From Myxococcota bacterium (lineage in GTDB: Bacteria; Myxococcota_A; UBA9160; UBA4427), in contig JAYZFK010000014.1 of assembly GCA_036336835.1 (NCBI GenBank), positions 1 through 44,040 on the forward strand: 44,040 nucleotides of DNA, in the 5' to 3' direction. Positions 38,795 to 44,040 of this stretch are shown here, in pieces (positions within the stretch are counted from its first letter, which is position 1; each line of letters opens with the position of its first letter). The notes beneath the pieces were generated by a model. It had not been told where the DNA came from. It searched no databases and saw only the letters and a program-made list of their open reading frames with translations. The translations under genes were made by a program, and so were the position numbers.

Positions 38795-39565
38795 CTACTT
38801 CGGCGGCATGCGGATCCCGCCGTCGACGCGGACGACCTCCGCGTTCATGTAGTCGTTGGTGATCAGCTCGACGACCATCGAGGCCAGCTCGGCCGCCGCG
38901 GCAAGCCGCTTCGGAAAGAGCACGCTCTGACCCAGGTGGGCCTTGAACTTCTCGGCGCCCTCTCCCGTCCCGTAGATCGGTGTATCCACCAGCCCGGGCG
39001 CAATCGTGTTCACCCGGATCCCCACCGCGACCAGATCCCGCGCAATGGGCAGCGTCATCCCCACGACGCCCCCCTTGGAGGCCGAGTACGCGGCCTGGCC
39101 CGTCTGCCCCTCGAATGCAGCGACCGAGGACAGATTGACGATCGCACCGCGCTGACCGTCCTCGTCGACCGGGTCGGTCCTGGCGATCGTGGCCGCTGCC
39201 AGTCGCAGGCAGTTGAACGAGCCGATCAGGTTCACCCGGACGATGAACTCGAATTGATCGAGTGGAAACGGATTGCCCTCGCGGTCGACGGTGCGGCAGG
39301 CGTGGCCGAGGCCAGCGGCGTTGACGAGACCGCGCAGCGGTCCGAGCCCGCTCGCCGCGTCGATGGCCGCCTGTACCTGATCCGGATTCGTCACGTCCGT
39401 CTGGACGAAGACGCCGTCGAGCCTCGACGCGACGTCGCTGCCGCGCTCCTGGTTCAGATCCGCGATCACAATGCGCGCGCCGCGCTCGGCGAGCTTCCAG
39501 GCACTCGCCTCTCCGATACCCGACGCCCCTCCAGTGACGAGGATCGACGCCCCTTCGATGTCCAC
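38795..39565 (-). CDS. SDR, 3-hydroxyacyl-CoA dehydrogenase type II (HSD10-like)
   Basis: TGGASGIG, NLIGSFN, SVAAFEGQTGQAAYSASKGGVVGMTLPIARDL, RVDGGIRM. Confidence 0.93.
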   Translation of the reverse strand: MDIEGASILVTGGASGIGEASAWKLAERGARIVIADLNQERGSDVASRLDGVFVQTDVTNPDQVQAAIDAASGLGPLRGLVNAAGLGHACRTVDREGNPFPLDQFEFIVRVNLIGSFNCLRLAAATIARTDPVDEDGQRGAIVNLSSVAAFEGQTGQAAYSASKGGVVGMTLPIARDLVAVGIRVNTIAPGLVDTPIYGTGEGAEKFKAHLGQSVLFPKRLAAAAELASMVVELITNDYMNAEVVRVDGGIRMPPK

Positions 39566-39628
39566 TGGCTGCCTCCTCGGCGCGCGGCCCGTGCCGCGAA
39601 CGCGCGAGCATAGCCCCGCCGCGGCGGC

Positions 39629-42055
39629 TCAGTAGCGCAGAATGACGCTGACGCCGACGATGTGGGCCGTGAAATCGTCGTCGAGGTTCGCGAGGTAGAG
39701 GTTCTGGTTGATCAATGGGACCAGGCCATCCTGGTGGTAGTCGTCGAGCGTCGAGTGCTCGAGCCGGTAGAAGACGCGCGTGTCGATGTCCTCGAAGAAG
39801 CGGTAGCGCGCCGAGAGATCGAGCACGTGATCGGCGGACAAGAGCGCCGGAAAGCCGCTGCGTACCGTCATCGGGTCGATCACCGGCGAGAGCGCACCGC
39901 CGGTGCGATCGAACCCCGTCTCGACGACCTCCCCGGTGCGCAGGTAGCGGTAGCTGACGTCGAGAAAGACTCGATCGAGCGGCCGCGCCTCGACACCGGC
40001 CCCGACCGAGACGGTCCGCGTGTCCGAGTCCGAGCGCCAGAGGTTGTCGAACGGGAAGCTCGAGCCCCCGGCGCTGAAGTCGAGCACGGCCCCCCGAACC
40101 GCGTTGATCGAGGTCATCCGGCGGCGTTGCCAGGCGAAGCTGACGAACGCGTGCGCATTGAGCCTGGGCGACAGCTGATAGCCGGTCTCCGCCGTGAGCT
40201 CGACGCCCTCGTCGTCGGTGACGCCGTAGTCCGCGCGAAAGTTCGTGGTCCGGTAGCGACTGATCAAGCTCGCATCCGCTCGCTCGCCGAGCATCCAGTT
40301 GGCGCGCAGCTGGACGTCGTGGCGGTCGTAGCTGGCCAGGTCGAACTGACGGAACTCGAGCAGGCTGCGCTCGGGACCGGCGAGGTCCTCCGACGCCGGC
40401 GCCACCGTGTAGTAGACGTGGTCACGCGAGGTGTCGTAGCGGGATCCGCGGCGGTGCTCGAACTCGTAGGCCAGCCGAAGCGTCGCCCCGGGCAGTGCGC
40501 GGGTCGAGACGTGCAGGCGCACGCGATCGTCGTCCACCTGCTTGCGAGATCGGTTGGACCGCGTCGTCGTTTCGTGCTCGACCTCGAGACCGAGCTGGCT
40601 GTGCTTTGCAAACGTCCACCGCGCGCCGCCCTCGATCTCCCAGCGTCGGGAGTCGAAGGACGGAGCGCCGACGCGGTTGGTGGCGGCCAGGTCTTCGACC
40701 ACGTAGCCGTACGCTCCAGTCGTGGGGTCGAACGCGAAGTAGCGGGTGTCGCTGCTGCGTTCGAAGTATCCGACGCGAAGCTGGAGACGCACGGGACGCA
40801 CGGGGCGCACGCGCACCAGAGAGCGGATGGTGATCTGATCGACCCGCGCGTCCGCGCGATCGCGCGCGAGGGTTCCGAAGTCACTGATCGCCGGGTTGAT
40901 CGTCGCGGGCAACAGCCTCTGATCCTGCCGCATGGTCGTCCAGACGCCGCTGGCGGTGAAGCGACCGTCGAGCGGGAGTGCCACCCCGACGTCGGCTGCG
41001 AGCTGATGCAGCTGGTTGTCGGGCGCGAGCGCTGATCGGCCCCGCGGCTGTCCCGGGACCAGCAGGAAGCCGAGATCCACCGCCGGAAACGGGTTCTCCC
41101 AGGTGAGCGAGGAGCGTCCGTTGTCGAAGAAAGATCCCCGGTACGCGAGATTGGCCTGCACGTCGGGCGTGGCCCACGTGAGCCCCGCCGACCAGTCGTG
41201 TGTCCTCGAGTGGATCGGCTCGAGTGTCTCGATCACGCTGCCGGCGCTGGTCGAGCCGAAGGTGAGTCCGAGCGTGCCGCCGAAAGGACGCCGCCCGTCG
41301 CGGCGCGTGAGCCGGTAGTCGGCGGCGAGGGTGAGCCCGGGCAGCAGCCGCAGCGACAGGTCGACGCCGGTCTCGTCGCGCTGCTGCGAGAGCCGACTCT
41401 CGCCGACGGTCGACAATGCCGTGGCGATCTCGCTGGCGGTGCTCTCGCCCGGCGTGAGACCCGGCGGCAGCACCAGGCTCTCCTGCCCCTGCTTCTCGAA
41501 CAGCACGTGGGCGTCGTCTGCGTAGACGTGTGGCAGCGCGTCGTATTCGCCGCGCAGCCGCACCAGACCGAACTGGCCCACCTCGAGGAAGTAGAACTGG
41601 TCGTCGCGCCCGACCGAGCCGCCGCCGAGGTCGAGGTAGCTTGCGCCGTCGCGCTCGCGCGCGTCGAGTGTGAAGTTGCGAAGCAAGAAGCCGTCGCTCC
41701 AGTCCGCGTACTCCTCGAAGCGGGCCTCGTCCTGGTCACCGGCATTCTCGAGGTAGCCGAACTCGGCAAAGGCCCGGATGAGAATCTCGTCTCCCCGGTA
41801 CGCCAGCGGCAGGTACGGATCGGGGTACAGGAAGCCCGTCGGGGTTCGGGGAGGCGCGTCGAGCACCAGCGACGCTCCGCGGTCGTCGCGATCGCGCATC
41901 GATCCGAGACCGTCGCCGCTCACCGCGCTGCCGAGTTCGGGGGCCGCGAAGGCCCCCGCGACGGGTAGAGCAAGCACGACCAGCAGCGCGACAACCGGGC
42001 GCAGTCCCGCGCTTCGCGTCCGCACGACCGCGTCGTCGAGCTGCATTCCCGTCAT
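39629..42055 (-). CDS. mtrB: MtrB/PioB-family decaheme-associated outer-membrane porin
   Basis: 808 aa with signal peptide; YRGSFFDN...LTWENPF, ALAPDN..HQ, MRQD..LLP, RQFDLA..DR motifs; C-terminal aromatic residue (LRY); ATGA overlap with the decaheme gene. Confidence 0.9.
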   Translation of the reverse strand: MTGMQLDDAVVRTRSAGLRPVVALLVVLALPVAGAFAAPELGSAVSGDGLGSMRDRDDRGASLVLDAPPRTPTGFLYPDPYLPLAYRGDEILIRAFAEFGYLENAGDQDEARFEEYADWSDGFLLRNFTLDARERDGASYLDLGGGSVGRDDQFYFLEVGQFGLVRLRGEYDALPHVYADDAHVLFEKQGQESLVLPPGLTPGESTASEIATALSTVGESRLSQQRDETGVDLSLRLLPGLTLAADYRLTRRDGRRPFGGTLGLTFGSTSAGSVIETLEPIHSRTHDWSAGLTWATPDVQANLAYRGSFFDNGRSSLTWENPFPAVDLGFLLVPGQPRGRSALAPDNQLHQLAADVGVALPLDGRFTASGVWTTMRQDQRLLPATINPAISDFGTLARDRADARVDQITIRSLVRVRPVRPVRLQLRVGYFERSSDTRYFAFDPTTGAYGYVVEDLAATNRVGAPSFDSRRWEIEGGARWTFAKHSQLGLEVEHETTTRSNRSRKQVDDDRVRLHVSTRALPGATLRLAYEFEHRRGSRYDTSRDHVYYTVAPASEDLAGPERSLLEFRQFDLASYDRHDVQLRANWMLGERADASLISRYRTTNFRADYGVTDDEGVELTAETGYQLSPRLNAHAFVSFAWQRRRMTSINAVRGAVLDFSAGGSSFPFDNLWRSDSDTRTVSVGAGVEARPLDRVFLDVSYRYLRTGEVVETGFDRTGGALSPVIDPMTVRSGFPALLSADHVLDLSARYRFFEDIDTRVFYRLEHSTLDDYHQDGLVPLINQNLYLANLDDDFTAHIVGVSVILRY

Positions 42056-42987
42056 CGGTGGAAGCGCGCTCCGCTCGGGTGATTCGAGCCGTGGATCTGT
42101 ACGTGGCATGTGACACAGCCGCGCCCGATCAGACGCGCATCGCGACCGGCAGCAATCGCACCCGACGCGAGATTCTCGCGCGTCATCAGCTCGATCGGGT
42201 GGTTCACGACGCCGATCTGCGCGTGGCACTGCTGGCACAGGAAGGGCGGCGAGGTGACGAGCAGGTGCTCGCGGTTCGAGCCGTGCGGCAGGTGGCAGCT
42301 GGTGCAGCCCTCGGTCACCGGGGCGTGCTCCCAGATGAACGGTCCGCGCTTGTCGGCGTGGCAGCTCGTGCACAGATCGAAGTCCGAGCTCCCGAGCAGC
42401 AGCGGATCGTTGACCGAGCCGTGGGGCTGGTGGCAGTCCGTGCACTGCATCTTGCCCTCGAGCAGCGGCATGTGAGAGCGCTTGCGGAACTCGAGCCGCT
42501 GCGCCGGGTGACACGTGAAGCACGTCGCGTTGACGCTCGACTCGCGCAGCAGTCCGGTTGGCGAGGTTCGTGTCATCGCGTCGTGACAGTCGCTGCAGGC
42601 GAGCGCCTCGCGATCGTGCGCCGAGCCGGCCCAGTGCACGCGCACGCCCTCCAGGTGGCATTGCAGACACGCCGCGTTCTGCTCGCCCGCGTCCCGGTCG
42701 CCGCGGCGGGTGAACGCGAGGATCCGGCTCGGATCGCTGGGCGCCGCGACGTGCTCGGCACCCGGGCCGTGGCACGCCTCGCAGGCGCGCCGCTCGAGCT
42801 CGCTGCGCGGATTCTTCAGGAACACCTCGGCGTGGATCGTGTTGCGCCAGTGGTCGGTCTCGACGCTGTGGCAGGCCCGGCAGCTCTCCATGCCGACGTA
42901 GCCATCCGGCTCGGCCGCGCTCGCGAGCCCCGCCGCGAGGGCGAGCGCCGCGACCAGCGCAATCGGTATGGAGCGAGCTGCCTGCAT
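42052..42987 (-). CDS. mtrA: DmsE/MtrA/MtoA-family periplasmic decaheme c-type cytochrome
   Basis: Signal peptide; exactly 10 CxxCH (CRACH, CEACH, CLQCH, CSDCH, CFTCH, CTDCH, CTSCH, CTSCH, CQQCH, CVTCH); KRGPFIWEHAPV and IHGSNHPSG family motifs. Confidence 0.97.
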   Translation of the reverse strand: MQAARSIPIALVAALALAAGLASAAEPDGYVGMESCRACHSVETDHWRNTIHAEVFLKNPRSELERRACEACHGPGAEHVAAPSDPSRILAFTRRGDRDAGEQNAACLQCHLEGVRVHWAGSAHDREALACSDCHDAMTRTSPTGLLRESSVNATCFTCHPAQRLEFRKRSHMPLLEGKMQCTDCHQPHGSVNDPLLLGSSDFDLCTSCHADKRGPFIWEHAPVTEGCTSCHLPHGSNREHLLVTSPPFLCQQCHAQIGVVNHPIELMTRENLASGAIAAGRDARLIGRGCVTCHVQIHGSNHPSGARFHR

Positions 42988-44039
42988 CAAGTTCGTCGCC
43001 TCCCGTCGCAAGCCCGGCGAGCCACGCGAAGGGCGCAGAGCGTCGCGAGGCTGGTCGCGGAGACGAGCGCGACCGATGGTTCGGGCACCGCCTCGATGTT
43101 GTCGATGTCGAGCTGCCCCGCGATCACGTCGCCCCGGAAAGTATCGCCCGCCGCGTGCAGGATCCGAAGACCGCCCACGCCGGCGAGCGTCGCCGCCGCG
43201 TCCGTTGCGACGGCGTCGATCGGCATGATCAGGTCGCCCGCCTGGATCGCGAACTCGAGCGTGGTCCAGCCGCTCAGTTCGGGGTCCACGGCGGGGACCA
43301 CGATCCCGGGCGTGATCCAGGTGCCTCCACCCACCACACCGGGCGGGGGCTGGAGCGCCAGACGGATGGTGAGCGGCGCGGCCACGAGGTTGTTCACGTC
43401 GAGCAGGATCGCGCCGACGCCGGCCGCCGTGTAGTCGCCGGTCCACGCGGCGTCGTGGTTGTCGACCACGAGCTTGCCGCCCGGCCCGAAGCCGCCAATC
43501 CCCGTCAGGCGGAGCGCGTCGTCGCCGAGGCCGGTGGGGCCCGCATCCGGCACGCTCGCGGGCGGCACCAGGGGAGTGACGCCGAAGCCCGTTCCGACTA
43601 CCCAGCCCTGCGTGGTGCCGTCCTCGAAATCGTCGAACTGACCGACGGTGATCGGCCGCGGCAGGGCCTCGATGTTGTCGATGTCGAGCTGCCCCAAGAT
43701 CGGGTCGCCCCGGAAGGTCTCGCCCGCCGCGTGCAGGATCCGAAGACGGCCCACGCCGGCAAGCGTCGCCGCCGCGTCCGTTGCGACGGCGTCGATCGGC
43801 GCGATCAGGTCGCCGGCCTGGATCCGGAACTCGAGCGTGGTCCAGCCGCTCAGTGCGGGGACCACGATCCCGGGCGTGATCCAGCTGCCTCCACCCGCCA
43901 CACCGGGCGGGGGCTGGAACGCCAGACGGATGGTGAGCGGCGCGGCGACGAGGTTGTTCACGTCGAGCGCGATCGCGCCGACCCCGGCCGCCGTGTAGTC
44001 GCCGGTCCAGGCAGCGCCGAGGTGGTCGACGACGAGCTT
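42987..44039 (-). CDS. PEP-CTERM surface protein with at least two tandem ~190-aa domains (5' end outside window)
   Basis: Ends AVPEPSVALVSATSLATLCALRVARR...RRRT (PEP, TM segment, basic tail). Frame is open to the window edge. Its stop overlaps the decaheme ATG (TGATG). Confidence 0.88.
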   Translation of the reverse strand, partial: KLVVDHLGAAWTGDYTAAGVGAIALDVNNLVAAPLTIRLAFQPPPGVAGGGSWITPGIVVPALSGWTTLEFRIQAGDLIAPIDAVATDAAATLAGVGRLRILHAAGETFRGDPILGQLDIDNIEALPRPITVGQFDDFEDGTTQGWVVGTGFGVTPLVPPASVPDAGPTGLGDDALRLTGIGGFGPGGKLVVDNHDAAWTGDYTAAGVGAILLDVNNLVAAPLTIRLALQPPPGVVGGGTWITPGIVVPAVDPELSGWTTLEFAIQAGDLIMPIDAVATDAAATLAGVGGLRILHAAGDTFRGDVIAGQLDIDNIEAVPEPSVALVSATSLATLCALRVARRACDGRRRT

Positions 44040-44040
44040 G
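43090..44040. repeat. Intragenic tandem duplication, period 576 bp
   Basis: GCCTCGATGTTGTCGATGTCGAGCTGCCCC at 43090 and 43666; AGCGTCGCCGCCGCGTCCGTTGCGACGGCGTCGATCGGC at 43186 and 43762. Confidence 0.92.

Noticed and set aside
34525..42987. A dmsEFAB-like extracellular DMSO reductase made from the Mo enzyme plus the decaheme/porin
   Set aside because: The Mo enzyme has no Tat or lipoprotein signal, there is no DmsB, and four unrelated genes (two on the opposite strand) separate them.
39629..43446. 1048-aa porin and 464-aa cytochrome with long N-terminal extensions (PioA-like)
   Set aside because: The extensions are off-frame readings of the upstream genes. Signal peptides and stop/start overlaps fix the starts at 42055 and 42987.
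1..44040. CRISPR arrays, tRNA (including tRNA-Sec), rRNA, IS/integrase/phage genes
   Set aside because: No spaced direct repeats, cloverleaf motifs, or transposase/recombinase signatures were seen by eye. A tRNAscan/Infernal run would be the decisive check.

Overview
This is a high-GC, gene-dense chromosomal segment from a diderm bacterium (outer-membrane barrels, lipoproteins, a PEP-CTERM protein). The gene mix resembles Myxococcota/Binatota-like lineages, which is inference only. It carries about 42 CDSs, mostly catabolic or redox enzymes: three APH-type phosphotransferases, two amidohydrolases, two P450s, two SDRs, enoyl-CoA hydratase, a ketosteroid-dehydrogenase-like flavoprotein, two sulfatase-fold proteins, a Mo-bisPGD enzyme and xylB-xylA. 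Main points: (1) an AhpD/CMD-family selenoprotein missing from the ORF track (12160..12627, CxxU with in-frame TGA and a SECIS-like hairpin), 19 bp downstream of an exported Cu-monooxygenase-like/TPR gene; (2) a translationally coupled PEP-CTERM repeat protein -> decaheme MtrA/MtoA-type cytochrome -> MtrB/PioB-type porin unit, with no MtrC in view; (3) a single-chain triple SnoaL/LinA-like protein; (4) an internally deleted LLM oxidoreductase pseudogene. I found no rRNA, tRNA, CRISPR array or mobile element. All calls come from motif recognition by eye; no database searches were run.
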